A stretch of DNA of 64,000 nucleotides, taken from NCBI RefSeq assembly GCF_963921235.1, contig NC_086108.1:86864001-86928000 (forward strand), written 5' to 3'. Positions within the stretch are counted from its first letter, which is position 1. Each line of letters begins with the position of its first letter. The position numbers and the translations under genes are program-made. Origin of the DNA: Mobula hypostoma. Lineage: Eukaryota. The notes under the pieces were generated by a model. That model searched no databases. It was not told where the DNA came from and saw nothing but the letters and a program-made list of their open reading frames with translations. Below are positions 11,583 to 24,365 of the stretch, in pieces.

Positions 11583-12208
11583 GGTCATAGAGTTATTTGG
11601 CACATAAATAGGACTTTTGGTTCAACCAGTCCAAACTGATCAAATCGTCTACCCGAGATATTCCTATTTGCCTGTGCTTGGCCCATGTGCCTCCAAACTC
11701 TTCCTACACCTGTTGAAATGTCTTTTGAAAGTTGTAGGTGTACTCAACTCTACAGCTTTCTCTGGTAGCTCAGCCCTGATATCCACCACTTCTTCTGTGA
11801 AAAAAATTGCCCCTCGGGTCCATTTTAAATGTTCTGCCTTTAACTTTAAACCAATAGCCTTTAATTTTATAATCCCCAATTCTGGGAAAAAGTCTGTGAC
11901 TATTCACTCATCTCTACCCCTCCTGATTTTATATACCACAATAATGTTGCCCCTCAGCTTCCTTCAGTCCAAGGAAAAATGTCTCAGCCATCCAGCCTTT
12001 CCTTGTAATTCAATTCTTCCCGTCCTGGTAATGTCCTTGTGGATCTTTTTTGCATCATTTCTATAGCTGGGTGAGCAGAATGCACATCATACTCCAAGTA
12101 TGGTCTCACAATGACTGGTACATTTGCAAATTGACTCACCAATTCTTTTATTCCATGTCCTAAGAGATGAAGGCAAGTATGGCAAGCACCTTCTTTACCA
12201 CCCTCTCT
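11583..12208 (-). mobile_element. Old CR1 3' fragment
   Basis: Degenerate ORF2 end; GTCATAGAG tail. Confidence 0.8.
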
Positions 12209-12384
12209 ATCAGTGTCTGCACTTGCTGAATAAATTCAGAAAAAATATATAATCACTCTCAGCATTGATAATTACTGTGACCATAACCACTTGAGGCCAG
12301 AGGGTAAAATTGTGGTGTGCTTTACAGAGGGAGGAGGAAGCTTTGGCACAGGAGACGCAAGAGGGTGCAAGTGGCGGAGTCTGG

Positions 12385-12541
12385 TACAACACAAGGTGCT
12401 GAATGAACTCAGCAGGTCCAACAACATCTATGGAGGGGAAAAAGACAGTCAACATTTTGGGTCGAGGAAGATTTGTCAACTGTCCAGTTCCCTCCATAGA
12501 CGCTGCCTGACATGCTGAGTTCATTCTGCATCTTGTGTATT
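12385..12541. mobile_element. Inverted pair of old Penelope-like terminal repeats
   Basis: ACACAAGGTGCTGAATGAACTCAGCAGG... mirrored by ...TGCTGAGTTCATTCTGCATCTTGTGT. Confidence 0.7.
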
Positions 12542-13491
12542 AGTCTTTGGCATTGTTACAGTGCTCAGATCTCCTGGAAGTCTGACACCAAAGGTTTGCT
12601 GGTCGTGTTCATCTCCTTGGCTTGTAAAGTTGAGTCAGGTATTTTGTGACACAACCATCCATATACAAACACACTTTGGTATATATATCCAACCACATAT
12701 ATTTAGGTGTTTGTTTGATTTAACTTTATGTTTTATTTTGAACAATATTAATGATCACTCTGTTCATAGAATCTATTGGAAAGTATAACACATAATGGGA
12801 CCGTAAGACCATTCATGTTGTTTCTACTCTTTGAAAGACAAACCTGAATAACACATTTCCCCATTCTGCTGAAACTGTTTTTTCCTTCAAGAATTTATTC
12901 AAATAGGTAGGAAATAAATTTGTTTCAACTGGTCAGTGAAATGAATTTAGGAAGCAGAGAACAATGCATAATAGTTTAGCACATACATCTGGGATCAAAT
13001 ATATTCCTTACGGTATGTGGTTTATTACTTGATATTTGTGAGATCACAAAAATAAAATTTAACAGAAAATATGTTTATCTGAGGCCAGACTGGAAGTCAT
13101 ATCAATTGCAATAATAATCAGTCAGTTTGCTGTTCACCTTTACTACCAATTTCAGCACATCGCCCTTGAAGCAAGCTCTCAACAGTTGTTCTTCAATCAT
13201 GTCCAGGACATTAATCTTTCCTTCAATAATGTCTGAGTGGATTCCCATTTGGATAGTGATGCTATTAAGAACTCAAAGTATTATAATGGCATTTGAATCA
13301 GCTCAACTTCCAACAGACCAATTAAAATCTGTCTCGTTTTCAGCAGCACCAAAGTCTGCTCTGCAAGAAAGCTCATTTATAGATGTCCACCAGGACATAA
13401 GACGCCATCACTGGGATCAGGGCTTGTGCTTATAAGTATGCTCACAGTTCCAAAAAGCCACCCTGTTGTCAGTTCAAGGCTAGAGATTTAT

Positions 13492-13635
13492 TCATAGAAA
13501 CATAGAATCGTTGAATTGTACAGCACAGAAACAGTCCCTTTTGGCCCACTTTGTTCATGTTGACTGTTATGTCTATCTACTGTAATCCCATTTGCCCTCA
13601 TTAAGTTTGTATCCTCCTATTCCTTTCATATCCAA
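13492..13635 (-). mobile_element. CR1 3' tail fragment
   Basis: CATAGAAACATAGAA...GTACAGCACAGAAACAG. Confidence 0.65.
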
Positions 13636-13842
13636 GTAACTACTGAGAACTATTCAATTAGGATCTTGCTCAGATCTCTCGGCTCCATGCCCAGATTACC
13701 CCTTTGGTCCCTGAGGGGAATTGTTCTTACCTTAGCTAACATCTTGGTTCTAATATTAAATCTTTGAGAATTCTCCTTAAATCTATTTGACACAGTTGCT
13801 CCATTGTCCCTTTTTGCACTGTTAATTATTTCTTATCTCCTA

Positions 13843-14420
13843 CACTCAGTGGCCACTTTATTAAGTGCAGGAGTAGCCTAATAAAATGGTCTTCTTCCTC
13901 ATGTGGACTCCTGCTGCTGTAGTCCATCCATTTCAAGGTTCGACATGTCGTATGTTCAAAGACGCACACCATTTGTTGCAACTGTTCAGAGATGTTCCAC
14001 ACATCACTGTTGTAACACATGGTTATTTGAGTTACGATTGCCTTCTTGTCAGCTTGAACAAGTCTGGCCTTTCTCCTCTGATCTCTCTCACTAACAAGGT
14101 GTTTTCACCCACTGGATTTAAAAAAAAAAATTTGCACCATTCTCAGTAAACTCTAGAGACTGTTGTGCGTGAAAATTCCAGGAAATCAGCAGTTTCTAAG
14201 ATACTCAAACCACCCCATCTGGCACCAACAGTCATTCCACACTGAATGTCACTTAGGTTATATTTCTTCCCCATTCTGACATTTAGTTGAAGGACAACTG
14301 AACCTCCTGATCATGTCTACACACATTTATGCATTGATTTACTGCCACATGATTAGCTGATTCGATAGTTGCGTTAACCATCAGGTGTACAAGAGTACCT
14401 AATAAAGTAGGCATTGAGTA
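13843..14420. mobile_element. Non-autonomous Tc1/mariner-type element
   Basis: TA|CACTCAGTGGCCACTTTATT ... AATAAAGTAGGCATTGAGTA|TA; TIRs with TA TSD. Confidence 0.85.
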
Positions 14421-14464
14421 TATATCTCCTATAAACCTGAAGTGACTGCTTAATAATAATTTTG

Positions 14465-16250
14465 GAAGTGGAATTGGCATTGGTATATTATTGTCCCATG
14501 TACCAAGGTCAAGATTATGTACTGATCAAATCATTAAAAATTACATTAAGGTAGTACAATCAAGGTAAAACAATATCCGAATGCCGAATATTGTGTAATA
14601 GCTGCCGAGAAAGTGCAGTGTAGGTGGACAATAAGGTGCAAGATCATAACAAAGTAGATTGAGAGGTCAACAGTCCATCAAAAATCTTGTAACAGCAGGG
14701 TGGAAGCTGTCCTTGAACTTGATGATACATGCTTTCAGGCTCTGAAGAAGGGAGAATGTCTGGGATAGGTGGAGTCTGATTATGACAGCTGCTTTACTGA
14801 GGCACTGACAAGGTCCATAGAGGAGAAGCTGGTTTTATTGGTTTCATATGTTGAGCTGTGTCCATAACTCTCTCTTGATTTTGCAGTCATGGGTATGGGT
14901 AAGCCAGTTGCTAAACTAAGTCATGATGCATCTGGATAGGATGTTTTCTATGGTGCTTCAATAAAAATTGGTAAGGGTCAATGAGGGAACATAAATTTCT
15001 TTAGTCTCCTAAGGAAGTAGAGGCATTGTGAGCTTTCTTGGCTATGGTATCTACGACCAGGAAAGGCTATTAGGGATGTTTATTCCAAACAACTTGAAGC
15101 TTTCAACCCTCTCAACCTCAGCATCATTGATTCTGACAGGGGTATGTTCATTTCCCCTTCCTGGAGTCAATGACCAACTCTTTAACTTTGCTGACATTGA
15201 GGGAACAGTTGTTATCATGACACCATGTTACTAAGCTCTGCAACCATGCTCCTGTTCACTGACTCATTGCCATTTTTGATATACCCACATAGTCATGATG
15301 CATAGGAGGTAAAGCATGGGAATGAGGCCTTGTGGAATACCAGTGTTGAGAATAATTATGGGGCGATCCTTATTGATTGCAGTCCGTTGGTCAGGAAATC
15401 AAGGATCCATGTGCAGAGGGAGGCTGTCTCCCAGGTCTCAGAATTTGATAATCAATTTACTTGGAATTAGAGTCTTTGAAAGTGGAGTGGTTGTCAACAA
15501 ACTATAGTATAATGTCACTATTTAGTGACATCAAACAGGTGACGTACACATTTAGGCTGACAACTGAACATAGGCCAGTCTACTGACTCAAAGTGGATGC
15601 TTAGAACCTCCTCTATTTCTTCAGTCCAGCATTGAATGACTTTCTGTATTGGGTCATCCCTTTTTAGCTTCTGTTTGTATGTAGCGCGAAGGAGCACAGC
15701 CTGGTGGTCTGATTTACCGAAGTGTGCATGAGGGTATTTTTGATGCTTGATAGCAGTATTAGTCCTGATGAAGAGTCTCAGCCCAAAGCCTTGACTGTTT
15801 ATTCCTTTCAATGGATGCAGCCTGAACTGCTGAGTTCCACCAGTATTTTGTACCTTGCTCAAGATTTCCAGCATCTGCAGAATCTCTTGTGTTTATAATT
15901 CATTGAGTGCTGGCTTCATTTCCACCTGGGGTAAGATATAGACTGCCATCAGGATTGCTGAAATGACCTCACATGCGAGATAGTTTGGGTGATACTTGAT
16001 TGTTAGATATTCCAAGCTGGGTGTACAGGAATTCCACCAGAACCATCACATCCAAACGCCACGAGATGTTAATTAAAAAGCAGACCTGTCAACCTCTAAC
16101 TATGCCTAAGGTAGCCATTCAGTCCATCTAGTGAATGACAAGCCCCCAGGTTGTATGGCACAGTCAGGTGAAGCAGGTGTAGGTCATGTTTACATGAGAC
16201 ATAGCACACTGCAGTCCCTCATTTCCCTTTGGTAGACTCACCAGCTTTGT
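14465..16250 (-). mobile_element. Decayed, deleted Rex1/Babar-like LINE (EN and RT remnants)
   Basis: HFGKSDHQAVLL.ATYKQKLK in ORF 15518-15874; RT remnant ~14900-15510. Confidence 0.75.
15760..15896 (+). mobile_element. Old Penelope-like terminal repeat starting at a degenerate hammerhead
   Basis: AGTCCTGATGAAGAGTCTCAGCCCAAAGCCTTGACTG...CCAGCATCTGCAGAATCTCTTGTGTTT. Confidence 0.75.
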
Positions 16251-16319
16251 TCTCAATGGCCTGGACTTTGCTACACTTCTTTCTGTTCTCTGATCAAAAC
16301 TTCAACCTCCTTTATTAAT

Positions 16320-17165
16320 CAGGGTTCCCCTAATGTGCTACCTATGTGTCTTATCTTACAGTGGCATGCTGACACTGAACTCTTACTACCTCACTTTTAA
16401 ACACTTCTCACATATCAGGTGTTGCTTTGTTGCTTTGCTCCCTTACAACTTCTCCCAATCTACCTCTCCCAGATTCTCAGATTCTGCCTGACACTATATA
16501 AATTCAGCTTCTCTTGAAAACCTAATAACCCTTTCCAATGACTGCCTTGAACCTCCCTGCACTATGATCGCTAGTCCCTAAGGATTCTTCACATACATTT
16601 CAATTAATTGACTGTCATTCGCAAATGCATCATCCTTACTGGGACTCTCTGCAGAATGTTTCAGAAAGACCACTTGAATGTATTTCACAAATTTCTCCCT
16701 ATCTAAGCCCCTTGACCTGAGGAAATCCTAGTCAATATTAGGAAAGATAAAATCCCCTACTAGTTGAAATATATTGTTTTACAGCCTTCTGTGATCTGCC
16801 TGAATATCTTCTAATCTCTCCTGACTACTGGAAGGCCTATAGAGTAAGCCAGTCAATGTGTCTGTGCCTTCCTTATTCCCCGATTCCATTTATTTCACAA
16901 AATGACAAATTTCACAACATACGTCAGTGATAATAATCCTGATTCTGATTCTACAGACTCATTGGTCGAGCCCTCCAGGATAGCTTCACGAAGTACTGTT
17001 GTAATGTTCTACCTGATCAGCAGCGAAACACCTGCTGTTCCTTTTCAACTCCTGCCGTCATGCCCGAACACTGAGCTGCCAATCGCACCATTGCCTCAAT
17101 TCTGTCTCTGTGAATGTACCAATATGAAAATCCCATGTGGTAATCTAAACTCTCAGGACATATAT
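16320..17165 (-). mobile_element. Very old CR1 fragment (EN/linker region) with a short Rex1-like tail at ~16895-16952
   Basis: Weak similarity to the CR1 at 61000-62450. Confidence 0.45.
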
Positions 17166-17169
17166 CTAT

Positions 17170-17485
17170 AGCATCTGGTTTAATATCACTGGTAAAGCTG
17201 TAAAATTTGTTATTTTGAGGCCACTGTACATTGCAATATATAATAACAAAAACTATAAATTGCAATAAGAAGTATACATAAAAAAGAAAATTACATTAAA
17301 TAAGTGGTGAAAAAAGAAAATAAAATGCTGAGGTAGTGTTCATGGCTTCATTGTCCGTTCAGAAATCTAATATGGATGGGAAGAAGATGTTTCTTAAACA
17401 TTTAGTGTGTGTCTTCAGGCTCCTGTACCTCCCTCCTTACGGTAACACTGAAAAAAGGAAATGCCCTGGGTGGTGGGGAGTCCTC
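17170..17485 (-). mobile_element. Rex1/Babar-like 3' end
   Basis: Homologous to 25870-26010 and 26590-26810. Confidence 0.75.
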
Positions 17486-17879
17486 ATGTTACTCTGTAAG
17501 GCTCCTTACTTAAAATTCCAGTAAACCAGCCAGTCCTCATGGTTCTTTTCCTGTCTCTGCCCACTATTTTCTACCGATCTTCCTCTTTTCATTATTTATA
17601 TCAAGGCCATCACCTTCCAGGCCATGTTCTCTTCTCACCGCTGCCATTGGGAAAGATACAGGAGCCTTAGGACCCACTCCAGCATGTTCAGGAACAGTGA
17701 TTGTCCTTCAGCCGTCAGGGTGATGAACCAGCAGAGATAACTGCACTTACCTCAGCACTAAACTTATTCCACAAACTATGGACTCACTTTCAGGGACATA
17801 ATAACTCACGTTCTCAGTATTATTTATTTACCTATTAATGAATTTATTTATGTATTTGTTTGTTTGGTTGTTTCCTTGT

Positions 17880-19130
17880 TAATACATCTGCAGCATGCTA
17901 CCACCCACACTGGACCCCCTACAATTCACCTACTGACACAACGGATCAACAGATGACACAATAGCCACAACTCTACACACCATCCTTACACATCTGGAGA
18001 AGAGGGATGCTTATGCGAGAATGCTGTTTTTCGACTACAGTTCAGCATTCAACACCATAATTCCCTCCAGGCTTGACAAGAAGCTCAGAGACCTTGGCCT
18101 TGACCCTGCCTTGTGCAGTTGGATCCTGGACTTCCTGTCAGATCGCAAGCACGTGGTAAGAGTGGGCTCCCTCACCTCCCACCCTCTGACTCTCAACTCA
18201 GGAGCCCCTCAGGGCTGTGTACCAAGTCCCCTCCTTTACTCCCTGTATACCCACTACTGTGTTGCCATCCACAGCTCCAATCTGCTAATTAAATTTGATG
18301 ATGATACTACATTGATTGGCCTAATCTCAAACAATAATGAGGCAGCCTACAGAGAAGAATTCATCACCCTGAATTGTGTCAAGAAAACAATGTCTCCCTC
18401 AATGATGCAAAAACAAAGGAGCTGGTTGTGGACTACAGGAGGAATGGAGTCAGGCTAACCCCTATTGACATCAATGGATTTGGGGTTGAGGGGGTGAACA
18501 GATTTAAGTTCCTCAGCATACACATCACCAAGGATCCCATGTAGTCTGTACATACTGGCTGTGTGGTGAAAAAAGCAAAACAATACCTCTTACACCCCAG
18601 ACAGTTGAAGTTTGGTATGGACCCCCAAATCCTAAGAACTTTCTTCAGGGGTACAACTGAGAGTATCTTGGCTGGCTGTATCACTGCCTGGTATGGGAAT
18701 TGTACCTCCCTTAGTTGCAGGACTCTGCAGAGAGTGGTGCAGACAGCCCAGCGGATCTGTAGATGTGAACTTACCACTTCTCAGGACATTTACAAAGACT
18801 AGTGTGTAAAAAGGGCCTGAAGGATCATTGGGGACCCAAGTCACCCAACCACAAACTGTTCCAGCTGCTACCATCTGGGAAATGGTACCGCAGCATAAAA
18901 GCCAGGACCATCAATCAGGCTCTGTGACAGCTTCTTCCACCAGGCCATCACACTGATTAATTCATGCTGATACAATTGTATTCCTATGTTATATTGACTG
19001 TCCTGTTGTACATACTATTTATTATAAATTACTATAATTGCACATTGCACATTTAGACAAAGATGTAATGTAAAGATTTTTACTCCTCATGATGTGAAGG
19101 ATGTAAGCAATAAAGTCAATTCATTTCAAT
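17880..19130 (+). mobile_element. Rex1/Babar-like LINE, 3' half
   Basis: [50 protein letters not shown]; same subfamily as 52837-54217. Confidence 0.9.
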
Positions 19131-19299
19131 TTATTTATTGTTTTTGCATTTGCACAATTTTTCCTCTTTTACACATTGCTTGTTTGTCAGGCTTTGTGTG
19201 TAGCTTTTCATTGTTGTCAACAGCTCTGTGGCTTGACATGGAGCTTTAATCTTCTGGGGGTTTTGAGCACCTGCATTTTCTAATTAGTGTCTTAACTAG

Positions 19300-20065
19300 G
19301 GGTCCTCAACCAGGGGTGGGGGTGTTGTAATGGGGACAAGCTCCCATTACCTATTAAATACTCCCAATGGTGTGCGCCTCAAATAGCCTCTGACAAGCAA
19401 GTCCAGCTCCTGGCCTTCACGTGTGGCTTAGCTACTCAGCCCGGCGGAACCATTTCTACTGACAGGAGAGGGGGCAGGATTCCTTTGAAATTTGATTGAT
19501 ACAGCCCTGAATTTCAAAGCTCACACAGGGAACTGTATTGGCTCCCTTCTTGTTTACCATGTATACCTTGGACTTTAGATACAACACTGAGTCATGTCAT
19601 CTGCAGAAATTCTCTGATGTCTCAGCAATTGGTGGGCCTATAAGGCAGGTTACTGGTGCCTTAAAACCAGTCGCTTCAGGCAGATGAGACTCATCAGCTG
19701 TGGTTGGCAGCTCATCTAGGAGAAGAAAAGCTCTGATCTCAAACCTTCGCTGCCTTACGGCTATACCCACTCATGGGGAAAGCTTTGGGAGTAAAACCCA
19801 AAGGAAAAATCCAGAGCTGCAGTCCCTAAGGAAGTCCAACATTGAGTTCAATATTGACTGGCAACTCCTGCGACGCTGCTGGTACCAAACTGTATCGATC
19901 TCTGCCTTTCCTTTGGGTCCATCAGATGTGTGATCATGGGGAGCTTGCTACATGGGCAACAGCTTGCTCTCCATATTGTACTGCCCAGGCTTGCGTATTT
20001 AGGCAGCTAGGATGCAATATCCCATGGTCAATTCTGGCTAATGGAGGCCTCAGCCAACCAGCAGC
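19300..20065 (+). mobile_element. Non-autonomous retroposon, probably RTE-derived
   Basis: 9-bp TSD CTTAACTAG (19291-19299, 20066-20074); no ORF; family assignment inferred. Confidence 0.65.
19492..19643 (+). repeat. 152-bp exact direct copy of 20608-20759
   Basis: Direct comparison of the two segments. Confidence 0.95.
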
Positions 20066-20635
20066 CTTAACTAGAATTGGTAAGCCCTTGTGTTTTCAGT
20101 TTGACATTGTCAAGTTACTTCTGGCTGACACAGGTTTCCCAAAGTCCATGATTATTTAAAGAGGACTCTACTCTCAGTCGGTACCTTATTGAGGTCTTTG
20201 TGTCGGAGAGCATGAATTCTCACACTGTCGCTCCCCCGAGGCACTGATTCCAACCTTTTACCTCTTCTTTCCGTCTCTTCATGGGGATCCTGCAATCCTC
20301 CACACCCGAGTCCAGTCGCATTGTGAGCACACCATGACAATCGTATTCCTTTGCTCAGCTGTGAATGCCTGGAAGAAAATGACCCTCAGAGTAGTATATG
20401 ATGACGTACATGTACTTTGATACCACATTTAACCTGAACTTTGATATTCCTACTGCATATCTATTTTGTTCTGATAAGAGTAAATGGGCGGGAATTCACT
20501 GCAAGATCGAATAATGCAGAAGGACTCATCTTCTCTAGAATTTGGTGTCAAGCGGTATTAACAGAACTGGTGATGAACCCGAAATGAGGTTTACAGCTTG
20601 ATAGTTCTTGATTGATACAGCCCTGAATTTCAAAG

Positions 20636-21565
20636 CTCACACAGGGAACTGTATTGGCTCCCTTCTTGTTTACCATGTATACCTTGGACTTTAGATACAA
20701 CACTGAGTCATGTCATCTGCAGAAATTCTCTGATGTCTCAGCAATTGGTGGGCCTATAAAGGGAGGATGGGAGATGAATACAGGGCTCTGGTGGAGGACT
20801 TTATCGAAAGGTGTAAGCTGAATCATCTGCAGCTCAACATCAGTAAGACAAAGGAGATGGTGATGGACTTTAGGAAGACTAAACCTGCACTGCTCCCTGT
20901 TACTATTGATGGTGAGGGTGTGAATGTGGTGAGGACCTACAAGTACCTGGGGGTGCACTTGGATGACAGACTTGAGTGGAGCACCAACACAGAGGCTGTG
21001 CACAAGAAAGGTCTGAGTTGCCTCTACTTCCTGAAGAGACTGAGGTCCTTTGGAGTATGCAGGCCTCTCCTTTACATGTCTGCTGTCACCAGTCCAATCT
21101 CCTATGTGGTGGTGTACTGGGGCAATGGAAGCAAGACGGGTGCTGCCAACAGGCTCAATAAACTGATTAGAAAGGTTGGCTCTGTTATAGGTGTCAAAAT
21201 GGACAAACTGGAGTCTGTGGTAGAACAAAGAACTCTCTGGAAAATTCTGGCAATTCTGGATGATGTTTCTCACCCTCTGCATGCCACCTTGGCTGAACAG
21301 AGGAGCTCTTTTAGTCACAGACTCAGACAACTGCACTGCTCCAAAGAGCACTATATGAGGTTATTCTTATCCTCAGCCATTCGGCTCTATAATGAATCAA
21401 CCTATAACCAGTGAGGTGATGACCCCCTCCTGTTAGTCTGTTTGAGGTAACTTATTTTTATTCTTTCTTACTTCTCTTCTAATATTTGTATACCAGTGCA
21501 CTTGTAATGTTTCTGTGACACTAATTTCCTTTGGGATCAATAAAGTATCTATTTATCCAGCTATC
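20636..21565 (+). mobile_element. Rex1-type LINE, 3' part
   Basis: QGTVLAPFLFTMYT; ORF 20767-21414 (NHLQLNISKTKEMVMDFR, YKYLGVHLD); GGGATCAATAAAGTATCTAT tail. Confidence 0.9.
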
Positions 21566-24365
21566 TCAAATATCAAGTAAGCAGATCAGTATTACGGGTC
21601 ACTATCAAATTTGTGATAGGATGCTTCTGGAAATCAGGTCCTACATTAAATTTCAAATGGGATTAATATAAATGAGCCTGTCATTTATGTTAGCCTTATA
21701 AAATAAGTACAACATTACACTCAGAGATTAGCTTTCTGAAGGTAGTTGCTTAAAAATTAGTTTTCCCCTTAACTGTCTGTTTCCATGAAGAATATCAAAT
21801 GCTTCCTGTCATATTTCTACCTTCTACCATAATCGCAAATCAATATGATAAATTTGAGAGTTGCCAATGAACGCTATGGTGCACCGTAATAAGACAGGAA
21901 GGTGCAAACCCAGGTGGACTGTTGCAATACTTTGGTTAAAACCCAGGACTCCCTTTCTAAAAACATAGTAGGATTTGATTTTACCACTTGACCTGTAGCA
22001 GTTTAAAAACAAAGGCTGGTGTCCAGCCAGATACAGCTAAGAAAGGAGAATATCTGCTAGTCGCCACCCTGTAAACAAAAGACAGTGGACAAGGCAGAGG
22101 ATACCAAATTCAGGAAATTGTAAATGTATTAGCATTTGGTTCCTCCCTTTAAACAAATAAGTTAATGGCAAAGGGAAGTCCATTCATCTTTTTTTGTCCA
22201 TCCAGGCCAAAAATCGAGCTAGTTAGTTTATTCCTAACCAAGTCAGGGATTTACTGCTCTTAGTTGCTCATTTTAAATGCAATGAATGTGCCTCTCTCCG
22301 TATCAACCAATTCAGCTTCCATTCATTACCTACCCCTGATTTACTGTGAGTAAATGCTCACTATGGTGCAAGATTCTCTGTTTGTCCTTTGTCCTTAACT
22401 CCAGGGCTGCATGGCCAAAGTGGTGGAGATTTCTAGAGGGCCATGAGAATCCACTGGTACTACTGTATACACTGGTTTATCAGGGCTCAGCTGTGTAATT
22501 GCATGGTGGGGAATGGAAAGCCGGAGATCCTGAATCTCATGGTGGCCCATGTATTACTAACCATCCTGGACGCAGCTCTACTTCCATCGTGGGGTGCCCG
22601 GAGCCCGCTGCCTTTTCCAGCTGATCCACAGCCTGGCCATAGGCCACCTGCAATTGGTCCTGGTGCTGTTGAATCCAATCCCCCACCCCTCCCCAAAGTT
22701 GTTATCTTCAGCCCCAATATGATGGCTGGAGGTATACTAGGTGTCCGTTTGAAGAGGAGAAGATATGGAGAGTACCAAATGCTTTGTTGCTCCGTAGAGT
22801 TATAGGCAAATACAACATCAGACATGCACCCATTTCTTCTTCTTGTATGGGGAAAGGGTGTAAAGGAGGTCATGAAGCATCCTGTTAAACCGTTCACATT
22901 GCCCGTTGCTGGGATGATATGGAGTTCTTCTGCTCCTCCAGATGCCATAGAATTTGCACAGGGACTGGACCACCTCAGCTTCGAAATACCTCCCATGGCC
23001 TGGCTCTATCCAAGTCCAAGTCAGCTCCCCACATGGCTGAATCCAGTGCCTCATCAACCATTTGGCTGCCATGGCAGCCAGCTCATCACGTGTTGGCACA
23101 GCGACAGTAAACTTTGACAATACATCTGTCAAAAGCAGCACATTCTCCGACCCATCTGACAATGGCTCAGGCACTGTGAAGTCCATTGCCACCACTTCCA
23201 ATAGGCTGGGTGCCAATAAACTGCCCATAGATGTTATTACTTGGGGCTACGGGGCCTTAGACAATGCACCTCTCACAGGACTTGCGGAACTCCTCAACAT
23301 CACGATACATGCCTGGCCAGCAACATCGCCCACTCACCAACTCTCCACCCCCTGGTGTCCGTAGCCCCCGCGTATTTGGGTCATCACTTGCTCTCGTAGG
23401 GAGGTTGGAAGAATGAGTTACCTCTGGCTGCGCTCTCTTTGAGTCTTCTGTTTACGATAAAAAAACCCCGCACAGTGTTCCACCTGATCGCACTGCCACA
23501 GCAGTTCCGGCATTTGGGGTTCCTCCATCAGCCACTCCTGCTGTCACAGTTACTCTCCCCTGGCCTAGTACTTAAGGAAGGCTGAGATAACTAGATCAGC
23601 CCATTGAAGAGTGGCCAGGGATTCTCTTCTGTAGGTGGGGAAGTTACTGGTGGCATCGAAGTCTGAACCTGGGGTTGTTACATCCTTTTTATTGACTGCT
23701 ACCAGACGATGGGCTGAGGGGGCACCGTAAGACTCATAAAGGTTGTCCATGGCCAGACCATCAGAAGAGGTAGGTCCCAAGTGTGGCCTTGACAAGGCAT
23801 CTGTGGCTGCATACTGTGGCCGGGATGGTGAACAATCTGGAAGTCAAACTGGGCGACCTTTGCAACCGAGCACTACTCTATAGACCCCAGTTTTGCAGTC
23901 TGCAGATGGCTCAAAGAGTTGTTACTGTCAAGACCACAAACTTATTGCCGAGCAAGTACTCCTTGAATTTATCATTGAGTGCCTACTTATGACCTAGCAG
24001 CTCAAGTTTCATGGTACTAGAATTTTCCATCTCTCTTTCCGGTGCCCAAATTCCCCTGTTGCCGTAGGCGACAGGCCCCCTCTGCCTGTCCACTTCCTCC
24101 GAAAATATCGCCCCAAGATCACGGTGGCTTGCAACAATTTGAAGAATGAATGGACTTGAGAAATCTACATATTCCAACACTGGAGCTGTGATAAGCTTCC
24201 CTTTCAGAGTCTGGAAAGTAGTCTCACATTCCGGATTCCTCTTCTGGTGAATCAAGTGGCCTGGCAGGTGATGTCTCTTCTTCTTTGCAGAGCCCAAAGC
24301 CGAAACAGCATTATGTGCAAAGTTCCTTATGAACCTGCTGTAAAAGCCGGCAAAGCCTAGGAAGG

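Larger units (their letters stand above)
19215..20339. mobile_element. Solo LTR (~350 bp), split by an insertion at 19300-20065
   Basis: TGTCA...TGACA termini; 5-bp TSD ATTGT/ATCGT. Confidence 0.7.
17600..20445 (+). mobile_element. Rex1/Babar-like 3' UTR acting as host (pieces 17600-17880, 19130-19214, 20340-20445)
   Basis: Pieces join into a 3' UTR like 41980-42422 and end CTGAACTTTGA. Confidence 0.65.

Noticed and set aside
20713..21351. 212-aa minus-strand ORF
   Set aside because: Antisense to the Rex1 RT fragment; no independent motifs.
22443..23364. Several overlapping ORFs of 97-169 aa
   Set aside because: Alternative frames of the decayed Gypsy integrase region.
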